The position numbers were made by a program, and so were the translations under genes. Below are positions 8,170-17,531 of a stretch of 36,599 nt of DNA, piece after piece (positions within the stretch are counted from its first letter, which is position 1; each line of letters starts with the position of its first letter). Below the pieces are notes generated by a model. The model was given only the letters and a program-made list of their open reading frames with translations, had not been told where the DNA came from and did no database searches. Source of the DNA: Candidatus Hydrogenedentota bacterium (GTDB lineage Bacteria; Hydrogenedentota; Hydrogenedentia; Hydrogenedentales; CAITNO01); the NCBI GenBank assembly GCA_903822375.1, contig CAIJOU010000590.1, positions 1-36,599 of the forward strand. Direction: 5' to 3'.

Positions 8170-10029
8170 TCACCGCGCAACGCCGCATCCACCCACGATG
8201 GTGATTGACGAATAGAATTCACTGCGCATTATAAAGTTGTAGTACAGGGGGCCGAGGTTCCGGCCAAAAACAATCAGGGGGAGATTGCCCAGCTTCAGGG
8301 CAATCGTATCCTCGACGTCGCCAAAGGGGCATGCGCCCGTGTCGGCCACAAAATCGGAAAGGCGCCCCCTTACAGGCGTGACGCTGAACGACGAGGTCCC
8401 AAAAACGCTGACAAAAGCCTTCCCGGGTATAAAGGACTGGGGGGCGATCCTCTGCGCATTGGGCGATATCCCCGGGAGCAGGAAGAGGTCTTCAAGAGCC
8501 TCGTAGCTGTACAACCAGCCGGTTGCATAGGCCATGTAATAATGCGTTGTCTTGTCGTTCAGGGAGTGGTCGACCGCCGTCAGTTTCCAGCATTGGCACC
8601 CGTTGATTATGAACTCCTCCGAAACCTCCGCGCTGATCCCATCGTTTCCATGGGTTCCCGGCGTCACCCATCTATTGCCGACCGCAAGCGGGTAATAGTC
8701 ACAGATTGAGATGCTCCTCGTGGAGAGCACCAGATTCACCGGAGTGCCCGGAGGCACCAGCGTTCCTTTTGCCGGATCCTGGCCTGTCACGCTGCCTTCT
8801 GGAACGGTGTCACTGTACTGCTCTGTTATCGTGCCCACAGTCAGGCCCGCGCTGGTTACGGTTGCCTGTGCATCCGTCTGGGTTCTTCCTGCCGCATTGG
8901 GCACGGCCACCGGTTGCGGACCCTGTGAAAAAACAAGACTGACCGCAGTACCCGGAATCATGATTATGCCGGCGGCCGGGTCCTGGCCAATCACGCGGCC
9001 TGCAGGCACGGTCACGCTCCACACCTGGTTCACACTGCCCAAGGAAAAACCCGCACCCGTAACCGTCGCCTCCGCATCGGACCGGGTTTTCCCGGCGACA
9101 TCCGGGACGGCCACCGACTGCGGTCCCTGGGAAACAGCCAGGTCAACTGCCGTACCCGGAACTGTCATCGCGTCGGCGGCAGGATTCTGACTTATTACGC
9201 AGCCCGCCGGCACTGTTGCACTGGACCCCGGCACCACACTGCCAATGGTGAAACCCGCGGACACCATTGCGGTTTCGGCATCTGCCTCAGTCCTGCCCAC
9301 CACGTTGGGCACAGCCACCGGTTGCGGCCCCTGCGATACGGTCAGACTAACCGTCGCACCGGGCAACGTGAGCGTTGCCGCTGCCGGATCCTGGCTGATA
9401 ACGTTACCCGCCGCAGTCAACGGGTTGTGGAGTTGTGTCACGGTGCCCACGGTCAGGCCCGCTTCCGTGATAACGGTTTGCGCCTCGGCCCGCACCCGGC
9501 CCACCACGTCGGGCACGACTGCCGGCTGCGGCCCGAGGGAACACAACAGGTCCACACCCGCGCCGGAGGACACGCCCGTCCCCGCTGCCGGGTCTTGGCT
9601 AATCAGGTTGCCCGCGGGAACCGTTGCGCTGTATGCCCACCGGATATTCCCCGGCTTGAGCCCTTCCGGGAGCAGAGTCGCCTGCGCTTGGGACAGCGTG
9701 ATGCCCGTGACGTCGGGAACCGTCATGGAACCCGTCTTGGTGCATCCGCCAACCGTACCGGAAGCAAATGCGTTCAGCAAAGACAAGAACCGTATCACAG
9801 GATTCTGGCTGGTCACGTTGCCGGCGCTTGCCGTCGCCCTGTCCGGCCACCGGATACTTCCCGGCATCAGCCCCTCCAGGAGCAGGGGCATTCCCCCCTG
9901 TGTCTGCGTGATGTTCGTGGGAACGGGAACGAGCATGAAGGCCGGCTGGGAGCATCCTCCAACCACAAAGTATGCAGCCAGTACCATCAGCACCAAGCCC
10001 AAATACCGACACCTGACGAGAATGCACAT
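8170..10029 (-). CDS. Multi-PASTA domain putative lipoprotein (5 PASTA repeats plus an unknown C-terminal domain)
   Basis: ATG 10029 after GAGGAG; hydrophobic stretch ending VGGC; five repeats of about 68 aa (VPDVTG/VPDVVG/VPNVVG/VPDVAG/VPNAAG...SQDPAAG); C-terminal domain begins DYYPLAVGNRW. Confidence 0.9.
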   Translation of the reverse strand: MCILVRCRYLGLVLMVLAAYFVVGGCSQPAFMLVPVPTNITQTQGGMPLLLEGLMPGSIRWPDRATASAGNVTSQNPVIRFLSLLNAFASGTVGGCTKTGSMTVPDVTGITLSQAQATLLPEGLKPGNIRWAYSATVPAGNLISQDPAAGTGVSSGAGVDLLCSLGPQPAVVPDVVGRVRAEAQTVITEAGLTVGTVTQLHNPLTAAGNVISQDPAAATLTLPGATVSLTVSQGPQPVAVPNVVGRTEADAETAMVSAGFTIGSVVPGSSATVPAGCVISQNPAADAMTVPGTAVDLAVSQGPQSVAVPDVAGKTRSDAEATVTGAGFSLGSVNQVWSVTVPAGRVIGQDPAAGIIMIPGTAVSLVFSQGPQPVAVPNAAGRTQTDAQATVTSAGLTVGTITEQYSDTVPEGSVTGQDPAKGTLVPPGTPVNLVLSTRSISICDYYPLAVGNRWVTPGTHGNDGISAEVSEEFIINGCQCWKLTAVDHSLNDKTTHYYMAYATGWLYSYEALEDLFLLPGISPNAQRIAPQSFIPGKAFVSVFGTSSFSVTPVRGRLSDFVADTGACPFGDVEDTIALKLGNLPLIVFGRNLGPLYYNFIMRSEFYSSITIVGGCGVAR

Positions 10030-10190
10030 GCCGTTCTCCTCAGAAAAGCTGTCCCGGCACCTCCACCACAGACACCTTGTTAAGCATGAACGTTCCTTTC
10101 TCGAAGCCTTGGGGCTCACAGTTTAACCTTGGATCCGTGAAGGCTGTCGTAATGACCGCGGCAGCCGCCTGCGGCCGTTTCGCCAGCTTT

Positions 10191-10245
10191 ATTGTGGCAA
10201 AGGCAGGTAAAATTCATGCAAAGGTTTGGCAAATTTTAGGTAAAG
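10191..10245 (-). promoter_or_regulatory. Regulated promoter copy B (PASTA gene)
   Basis: Minus strand: CTTTACC, ATTTGCC, CTTTGCA, TTTTACC at 11-bp period, 9 bp ending TGC, CACAAT (10196-10191). Confidence 0.7.
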
Positions 10246-10300
10246 AAATCCCCTTTCGCAATCAGACGGGCACGGATTGTCGGCCTGAGCGAAGTCCCGC

Positions 10301-10489
10301 TTACTGTCTCAGCCTTTGCACAAACTCGTTGAGAAGTTCCTCGTGCGCCTGATGACCCTTCACACAGCCATAGCGGTCTTGGAGCTTGTCGACAACACTG
10401 CGATGCTTGAAGTAAATGGTCGCCGCGGCGGCAACACAAAGTCGTCCCACGTTCTCCCTGAACTTTCCTAAGGGCTGTTCCCTGTTCAT
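10301..10489 (-). CDS. CsbD/YjbJ-like small stress protein, divergent
   Basis: Strong RBS AGGAGA. MNREQPLGKFRENVG...VVDKLQDRYG...AHEELLNEF resembles YjbJ (MNKDEAGGNWKQFKG...LVGKIQERYG...AEKEVVDW). Confidence 0.6.
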   Translation of the reverse strand: MNREQPLGKFRENVGRLCVAAAATIYFKHRSVVDKLQDRYGCVKGHQAHEELLNEFVQRLRQ

Positions 10490-10584
10490 GGTTTGTCTCC
10501 TATAAGACTGAACTTCATCTATCCACGCCCGTAAAGGCTGGTACCGTGACTGCCACGGTCACCCGGGGGCATTTCTTCAACCTC

Positions 10585-10639
10585 ATTGTGCCAAACGCAG
10601 GTAAAGTCCCGGCAAAGGTGCGGCAACGATTGGGCAAAG
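10585..10639 (-). promoter_or_regulatory. Regulated promoter copy C (CsbD-like gene)
   Basis: Minus strand: CTTTGCC, CGTTGCC, CTTTGCC, CTTTACC at 11-bp period, 9 bp ending TGG, CACAAT (10590-10585). Confidence 0.72.
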
Positions 10640-10665
10640 AATTCCGCTTTGCGAAGGGTGTGATT

Positions 10666-10720
10666 CTTTGCCAAAGCTTTACGCGCATTTTGCCCACGCT
10701 TCATGTCCCCCTGCTAACCT
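10666..10720 (+). promoter_or_regulatory. Regulated promoter copy D (BON gene)
   Basis: CTTTGCC 10666, CTTTACG 10677, TTTTGCC 10688, CTTCATG 10699, 9 bp ending TGC, TAACCT 10715-10720. Confidence 0.68.
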
Positions 10721-10830
10721 CCATGCGTGGCCGGCTTGTCGCCGACGCATGGATGTTGGCGCGCCCGCCCGGACGCGCCACTGGAACCGGGGCAATTCCC
10801 CACAAACCAAGAATGAATCGAGGAAACACA

Positions 10831-11610
10831 ATGACACTGAAAGCAATGTATCCCCTGGCGTTTGCGGCGGCTGTGGCCGCACTGTTCGTGGTCTGCATGC
10901 CCGCGCGCGCGTCGGGTGCCGATGACGGGATCAAGTCGTCGTTCACGCAGAGCTACGTCTATAAGACCTATCTCAAGGACGACGCGGTCAAGATCGAGGC
11001 CAAAGACGGCGTCGTCACGCTGACCGGAACGGTGGCCGAGGAATCCCACAAGAACCTGGCGCAGGAGACCGCCGCGAACCTGGCCGGGGTCAGCCGCGTG
11101 GACAATCAACTCACGACCAAAACCCCGGTCTCCGCCGAACTCTCGGATGCCTGGGTCACGGGAAAAGTGAAACTCGCGCTGCTGTTCCATCGCAGTGTCA
11201 ACGTCGTCAAGACCAACGTCGACGTGAAAGACAGAATCGTGACGCTGAAAGGCGAAGCGTCAAGCGTCGCCCAGAAGGAACTGACCACGGAATATGTGAA
11301 GGATGTCGCAGGCGTGAAAGGGGTGAAGAACGAAATGACGGTGGCGGCGACTCCGGAACCGCAGACGAGAACCGCAGGCGAGAAAATCGATGACGCTTCC
11401 ATCAGCGCACAGGTCAAGTTGGCACTGCTGACCCATCAATCGACCAGTGCCGCCAAGACCAAGGTTCAGACACGGGACGGCGTGGTCACGTTGACGGGCA
11501 TTGCAAAGAATGCGGCCGAGAAGACCCTTGTCACCAAGCTGGTCGAAGACATTCAGGGGGTGACCAGCGTGAAGAACGAAATGACCGTCGAAGAAGTCAA
11601 AACCAAGTAG
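10831..11610 (+). CDS. OsmY-like periplasmic protein with three BON domains
   Basis: ATG 10831 after GAGGAA; signal peptide; three repeats (KDGVVTLTGTV..GVSRVDNQL; KDRIVTLKG..GVKGVKNEM; RDGVVTLTG..GVTSVKNEM). Confidence 0.92.
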   Translation: MTLKAMYPLAFAAAVAALFVVCMPARASGADDGIKSSFTQSYVYKTYLKDDAVKIEAKDGVVTLTGTVAEESHKNLAQETAANLAGVSRVDNQLTTKTPVSAELSDAWVTGKVKLALLFHRSVNVVKTNVDVKDRIVTLKGEASSVAQKELTTEYVKDVAGVKGVKNEMTVAATPEPQTRTAGEKIDDASISAQVKLALLTHQSTSAAKTKVQTRDGVVTLTGIAKNAAEKTLVTKLVEDIQGVTSVKNEMTVEEVKTK

Positions 11611-11621
11611 ACTGACCAATA

Positions 11622-11689
11622 GCCTCCGGCTGGCACGAGGGTGCCAGCCGGAGGCAAAGGATACCTGTCCGAAACATGGGTCGGACAGG
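11622..11689. terminator. Two hairpins between the convergent BON and ADH genes, probable terminator region
   Basis: Perfect 15-bp stem GCCTCCGGCTGGCAC-gagg-GTGCCAGCCGGAGGC (11622-11655) and 9-bp stem CCTGTCCGA/TCGGACAGG (11664-11689). U-tracts are weak. Confidence 0.55.
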
Positions 11690-11815
11690 GGTTTGGCAAA
11701 GGCGCTGTCGTCTGGAGAACCCAAGGCCCGTGTCCATTGCGCCGCTGCCACCGGGGCATGTTCGCGCACATACTGCGGGCGGCCGCCGATGTTTCTGGCA
11801 GGGTGTGGTTCCCCT

Positions 11816-12865
11816 CTATTCAGCCTTCAGAGAAGCCATGTCGATGGAGAAGCGGTATTTCACGTCCGACTTGAGCAGCCGCTCGTAGGCTTCATTGGCC
11901 TTCTGGATGGGGATGACTTCGACATCGGCGGTGATGTTGTGCGTGCCGCAAAAGTCGAGCATCTCCTGGGTTTCGGCGATGCCGCCTATGGGTGAGCCGG
12001 AAAGGCTGCGACGGCCGAGAATGAGGCTGAAGGCGGAGACGGCGAGAGGTTTCTCCGGTGCGCCGACGAGGGTGATGTTGCCGTCGCGGCGCAGCAGGCT
12101 GATATAGGCGCTGATGTCGTGATCGGCGGCGACGGTGTCGAGGATGAAGTCGAAACTGCCGGCGTGTCCGGCCATCTCGTCGGTATTTCGGGAGATGACG
12201 ACTTCATCGGCGCCGAGGCGGTGCGCGTCATCCTTCTTGCCCGGAGAGGTGGTGAAGACGACGACATGGGCACCGAAAGCATGGGCAAATTTAACACCCA
12301 TGTGGCCCAACCCGCCGAGACCGACCACGCCGACTTTCTTGCCCTCGGTGACATCCCAGTGGCGCATGGGCGAGTAGGTTGTGATCCCGGCGCAGAGCAG
12401 CGGCGCGGCTCCGGCGAGATCGAGGTTGGGAGGGAGGCGCAGGACAAAGCTTTCATCGACGACGATGCTGTCGGAATAGCCCCCGTAGGTCATGCCGCCG
12501 AGTTGCTTATCCGGAGAGTTGAAGGTGAGCGTCATGTTCGGGCAGAACTGTTCAAGACCGGCTTTGCACTCGGGGCAGGTGTGGTCGGAGTCCACCATGC
12601 AGCCGACCGCGGCGAGATCGCCGACCTTGTACTTGGTGACCGCCGCGCCGACTTTGGTTACACGGCCGACGATCTCGTGGCCGGGCACAATTGGGTAGAC
12701 AGTACCGCCCCATTCGTTGCGCACCATGTGCAGGTCGGAGTGGCAGATGCCGCAATACAGGATTTCGATCTGAACGTCGTGTTCATTCGTGTCACGGCGC
12801 GCGATGGTGCTGGAGGCCAGCGGCGATGTCGCACTGCCAGCGGAGTAGGCTTTGGTATTGTACAT
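11816..12865 (-). CDS. Zn-dependent NAD(P)H alcohol dehydrogenase (cinnamyl-ADH/YahK-like)
   Basis: CGICHSDLH, GHEIVG, APLLCAGITTYSP, GLGGLGHMG, DVKYRFSID. Confidence 0.95.
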   Translation of the reverse strand: MYNTKAYSAGSATSPLASSTIARRDTNEHDVQIEILYCGICHSDLHMVRNEWGGTVYPIVPGHEIVGRVTKVGAAVTKYKVGDLAAVGCMVDSDHTCPECKAGLEQFCPNMTLTFNSPDKQLGGMTYGGYSDSIVVDESFVLRLPPNLDLAGAAPLLCAGITTYSPMRHWDVTEGKKVGVVGLGGLGHMGVKFAHAFGAHVVVFTTSPGKKDDAHRLGADEVVISRNTDEMAGHAGSFDFILDTVAADHDISAYISLLRRDGNITLVGAPEKPLAVSAFSLILGRRSLSGSPIGGIAETQEMLDFCGTHNITADVEVIPIQKANEAYERLLKSDVKYRFSIDMASLKAE

Positions 12866-12945
12866 GATATTTATCCTCTTGTTGGATTAGTTGTTGGTTG
12901 AATCGCCATGAATCTCGCGAACGCTCCTGTTCGGCGACCGATTCA

Positions 12946-13710
12946 TCACTGCTGTTCTTCTTCGGGAATTATCTCATTCAAGCAAGCAATCGCGTTCAAT
13001 GTTCTCGGATAGCCGATATATGGTAACAGTTGCGTAACAACGTTCAGTAGTGTCTGCTTGTCGTTTCCGACATTGATGTTGCCCTGAATATGGCCCTTCA
13101 GCTGCGTGTCACACCCGCCGAGCGACAAGAGCATCGAGAATGTCAGAAGTTCTCTTGCTCCAATGTCAAGCCCTGTTCTGGTGTAGTAGTCGCCAAAGCA
13201 GTTCGCCGACAGATACTTTTGAATATGGATTTGATTCTCCGGAGACCGTTCATACATATTGTCAATCATATCGCCAAAAACCGACTTTGACAACGCCAGT
13301 CCCCTTTCGAATCGTGTTTCAGGAGTGGTTGTGGATTGACCTTCAATCGGTAGTGTCACGCCTCGGCTATCCAGAATTTCGTTTGTGGCGTGAATGAAGT
13401 CAAAAGCCTTTGCAATGCCCACATACGGTACAGACTGATAAACAATCTCTTTTACTTCGATTGGTGTAACACCGACGTTCAGCGCACCATTGAGCATGAA
13501 CTTGTACTCACTCAATGCCTGCTGAGCAATGAGTGAAGCCAGAATGACCATAAGCCTCGTTCTGGCATCAAGGTTCCCGTACGAGATCACTTCGTCGAAG
13601 GCAAAATTGTCGAACACTTCGATGAATTCGGGATCGGTGACCTTGAGCGTTGATTTGTGATTCGGGAAAAGTTCGTCATGATTTCTCTGTGCTGTTTCGC
13701 TGATAGCCAT
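12946..13710 (-). CDS. Carboxymuconolactone decarboxylase (CMD) family protein, tandem domains
   Basis: DPEFIEVFDNFAFDEV, NCFGDYYTRTGLD...RELLT, PYIGYPRTLNA. Confidence 0.9.
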   Translation of the reverse strand: MAISETAQRNHDELFPNHKSTLKVTDPEFIEVFDNFAFDEVISYGNLDARTRLMVILASLIAQQALSEYKFMLNGALNVGVTPIEVKEIVYQSVPYVGIAKAFDFIHATNEILDSRGVTLPIEGQSTTTPETRFERGLALSKSVFGDMIDNMYERSPENQIHIQKYLSANCFGDYYTRTGLDIGARELLTFSMLLSLGGCDTQLKGHIQGNINVGNDKQTLLNVVTQLLPYIGYPRTLNAIACLNEIIPEEEQQ

Positions 13711-13722
13711 TGCAACGCCTCC

Positions 13723-14133
13723 TTACTTTAACGGGTTGTAAGCTTCGTCTGATACCGGCTCCAGCCATGTGGCCGGACCTTTTTCCGAGTTGACCTCAAT
13801 GGCAAGGTGGACGAACCAGCTGTCCTTTGCGGCGCCGTGCCAGTGCTTGACATCGGCAGGAATATTGACAACGTCTCCGGCGTGAAGTTCGCGTGCAGGC
13901 TTGCCCCATTCCTGATAGTAGCCTCTGCCGCCCGTCACAAGGAGAATCTGCCCGCCCGCATGTTTGTGCCAATTGTTTCGGCATCCCGGCTCAAAGGTCA
14001 CGTTTCCGATGGGACAGGCCGTGCCGAAAGGCGTCAGCATATTGAGCCAAACCGTTCCGTTGAAATTGTCGCTCTTAAATCTGTCTCCGAGGGGAGAGAT
14101 CACGCTGTTGCTAAGATCATTCGAACTCATCAT
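13723..14133 (-). CDS. Cupin domain protein
   Basis: NVTFEPGCRNNWHKHAGGQIL and HWHGAAKDSWFVHLAI. Confidence 0.92.
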   Translation of the reverse strand: MMSSNDLSNSVISPLGDRFKSDNFNGTVWLNMLTPFGTACPIGNVTFEPGCRNNWHKHAGGQILLVTGGRGYYQEWGKPARELHAGDVVNIPADVKHWHGAAKDSWFVHLAIEVNSEKGPATWLEPVSDEAYNPLK

Positions 14134-14147
14134 TTACTCCCTTATTT

Positions 14148-14990
14148 CTACTCGCCGGGTGGGAAGTCGGTTGAGGCAGCAAGTTCCGTTTGTGCTTCGA
14201 AGTCGGCAATGCGTTTGCGCAGCACTCCCAGGGTGCTGGCCAGTGCGGCTGAGCCGAGCGCCATGCGCAGGGGTGCCGGTTCGATGTCAACGCTTTCGAT
14301 TATGCGGGCGGCCATCCGGGCAGGGTCACCGGGGGCGAGACCGTTGGCCGGGTCCAACATTTTAAGAAAGGCATGTGCCGGGTTGTTGTCATAAGCGGGC
14401 AGCAGGTCGGCGACTTGGGCCGAGCCGTACCGAAATTCGGTGCGCGCACCACCCGGTTCCACAATCGTCATCCCGATCCCGAAGGGGGCGACTTCCTGCG
14501 CAACCGATTCCACAAAACCCTCAATACCCCACTTTGTGGCGTGATACATTGAGTTGCCGGGGAACGCGACCTGCCCACCGTAAGTGGATATCTGGATGAT
14601 GCGGCCGTGCCCGGCGGCACGCATATGAGGCAGCACCGCACGGATAAGCTGAATCGAACCGGTTAGGTTCGTGGCAATCATCGCATCAACCTGCGCGTCG
14701 CTCAGTTCCTCCGAGGCGCCGAACAGGCCATAACCGGCGTTACTGACCACGACATCGATCCGACCGAGTTCAGTTGCCGCGCGGTTCACGACCTCGCGCA
14801 TTCTTTCTGTGTCGCGAACATCCAGCAACTCCATGCGGAACCTTACAGGGTATTGTTCGACAAGGTCTGCAACCGCTTCCGGTTTGCGCACCGTGCCCAC
14901 CACCTGATCGCCGCGCTGCAGTAGCAGCTCGGTGATGTTCCGGCCAAAACCGCTGCTCACTCCCGTGACCAACCATATGCGTTCAGACAT
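14148..14990 (-). CDS. Short-chain dehydrogenase/reductase (SDR)
   Basis: TGVSSGFG, SNAGYG, catalytic YHATK. Confidence 0.95.
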   Translation of the reverse strand: MSERIWLVTGVSSGFGRNITELLLQRGDQVVGTVRKPEAVADLVEQYPVRFRMELLDVRDTERMREVVNRAATELGRIDVVVSNAGYGLFGASEELSDAQVDAMIATNLTGSIQLIRAVLPHMRAAGHGRIIQISTYGGQVAFPGNSMYHATKWGIEGFVESVAQEVAPFGIGMTIVEPGGARTEFRYGSAQVADLLPAYDNNPAHAFLKMLDPANGLAPGDPARMAARIIESVDIEPAPLRMALGSAALASTLGVLRKRIADFEAQTELAASTDFPPGE

Positions 14991-15028
14991 GACGTTTCTC
15001 CTCCTTGATTGTTCCGGTAGCTTTGTTT

Positions 15029-16030
<1,002 letters not shown>

Positions 16031-16151
16031 TTAATCTCCTGTCTATGGGTTAATCGGCGCCACTCCCGCGGGGGACGCCCGTAATGCACCATACTTTGCC
16101 GGGGGTTACCCGGCTCCTTATGAAGAAATTGTACCCATGCCCATGGAAAAA

Positions 16152-16192
16152 GCAATAGACCAATTCTGCCTGATTCTTGCCTGATTGTCCGA
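16152..16192. promoter_or_regulatory. Putative AraC operator (direct repeat) between the divergent AKR operon and araC
   Basis: TGCCTGATT at 16167-16175 and 16178-16186, 11-bp period, in an AT-richer divergent spacer. Confidence 0.45.
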
Positions 16193-16265
16193 GATTTTGG
16201 ACGAATGTGTCGGGCAACATTCGTCTCATGGTAAGATAAACAAAGTTAAGAACGGGAGAATTGCA

Positions 16266-17210
16266 ATGCATAAAAACAAGGCCGATTTTGCGCAGAAAGC
16301 CGCCGCCCTGGAACTTGGGCGCGCGGCGCTGGTGGAAAGAATTGCCCGATGGACCGGGAAGGCGGACAAGCCGGACACTGCGATCCCGGCCCTGTCGCTT
16401 CGCCGGTATGAGGCACCCACAGCGCCGACGAACTACATGCACGAACCGAGCATTTGCCTGTCCGTCCAGGGGGCCAAGCGCGTGCTGCTCGGAGAGGAAG
16501 TGTATGTGTATGACGCGCACCACTTCCTGATCACGTCCGTGGACCTGCCCGTTGTGGCGCAGGTCCTTGAGGCGAGCAATGAAAAACCCTACCTGGGACT
16601 GATGCTGAAGCTTGACCCTCGCTCGATTGCGCAACTGATGGTGGACAGTAACCTTCCGCTACCCCCGGCACGGCAGGCAAGCCGGGGAATGGCCGTCAGC
16701 GAGGTTTCGTTGACTTTGCTCAATGCTTTCCAGAGGCTGATTGATTTGCTTGATTCGCCCGGGGACATCCCGGTCCTTGCGCCGCTTATCCAGCGGGAAA
16801 TCCTTTATCGACTGCTTATGGGCGAACAGGGTCCGCGTCTGCGGCAAATCGGGGCGGCGGGAAGCCAGAGCCATCAGATCGCGCGGGCGATCGACTGGCT
16901 GAAGGGAAACTTTACCCGGCCGCTCCGTGTCGACGACCTGGCGGCCCACGCCCGGATGAGCACCTCAACCTTCCATCATCACTTCCGTGCATTGACGGCC
17001 ATGAGCCCGCTCCAGTTCCAGAAGTGGCTGCGGTTGCATGAAGCGAGACGGCTGATGCTTATTGAGCACCAGGATGCGGCCACCGCGGCATTCCAGGTCG
17101 GCTACGAGAGTCCATCCCAATTCAGCCGGGAGTATGGCCGCCTTTTCGGGGCGCCGCCGCTGCGCGACATCACGAACTTGCGCCAAATTGCCTCCGGTGA
17201 CCGGGCCTAG
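16266..17210 (+). CDS. AraC family regulator (YqhC-like)
   Basis: ATG 16266 after GGGAGA; PSICLSVQGAKRV N-domain; double HTH MSTSTFHHHFR...SPLQFQKWLRL...VGYESPSQFSREY. Confidence 0.94.
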   Translation: MHKNKADFAQKAAALELGRAALVERIARWTGKADKPDTAIPALSLRRYEAPTAPTNYMHEPSICLSVQGAKRVLLGEEVYVYDAHHFLITSVDLPVVAQVLEASNEKPYLGLMLKLDPRSIAQLMVDSNLPLPPARQASRGMAVSEVSLTLLNAFQRLIDLLDSPGDIPVLAPLIQREILYRLLMGEQGPRLRQIGAAGSQSHQIARAIDWLKGNFTRPLRVDDLAAHARMSTSTFHHHFRALTAMSPLQFQKWLRLHEARRLMLIEHQDAATAAFQVGYESPSQFSREYGRLFGAPPLRDITNLRQIASGDRA

Positions 17211-17531
17211 CGTCCAGCATATTCATGTGAGGGATACTGCGAAGTTTTCAACCGGTGGCAACCGCGACTTGAGCGCTCCGTTGCGAAGAGACCGGGCATC
17301 AGCGAGAGGTCAACGAACTTCTCGATGGCAGGGCGTGCACATTTGGCTTGACAGGCGATAACGCCATATAGAGCAAGGCGACGCGTGTGGTGAAAAGAGT
17401 AGGGGCGATAGACGGGATATGGACCGGGGCGGCATCCCAAAGTCCGTTGACCTAACGGTGCCCCAACGAAAGTCGTTGTACAGCATGGAAACAGTGGTGG
17501 GCGGGGATAATCTTTTGTCGCGCTTGCGCCG

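Noticed and set aside
6999-10720. The 11-bp periodic repeats as a CRISPR array or iterons
   Set aside because: Units are 7 bp with 4-bp gaps, there are no spacers and no cas or rep gene, and each array is oriented to a gene with a fixed -10 distance.
11653-11701. Additional GGCAAAG heptamers after the BON gene
   Set aside because: Two isolated copies 42 bp apart with no in-phase array and no gene start downstream.
16094-16111. CTTTGCC upstream of the AKR gene as a fifth regulon site
   Set aside because: Single heptamer; the next candidate is off the 11-bp phase, and the orientation is opposite to the AKR gene.
17211-17531. Orphan promoter (TTGACA at 17348) or small ORFs between the convergent araC and TPR genes
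   Set aside because: No matching -10 at 16-18 bp and no ORF with a recognisable motif.
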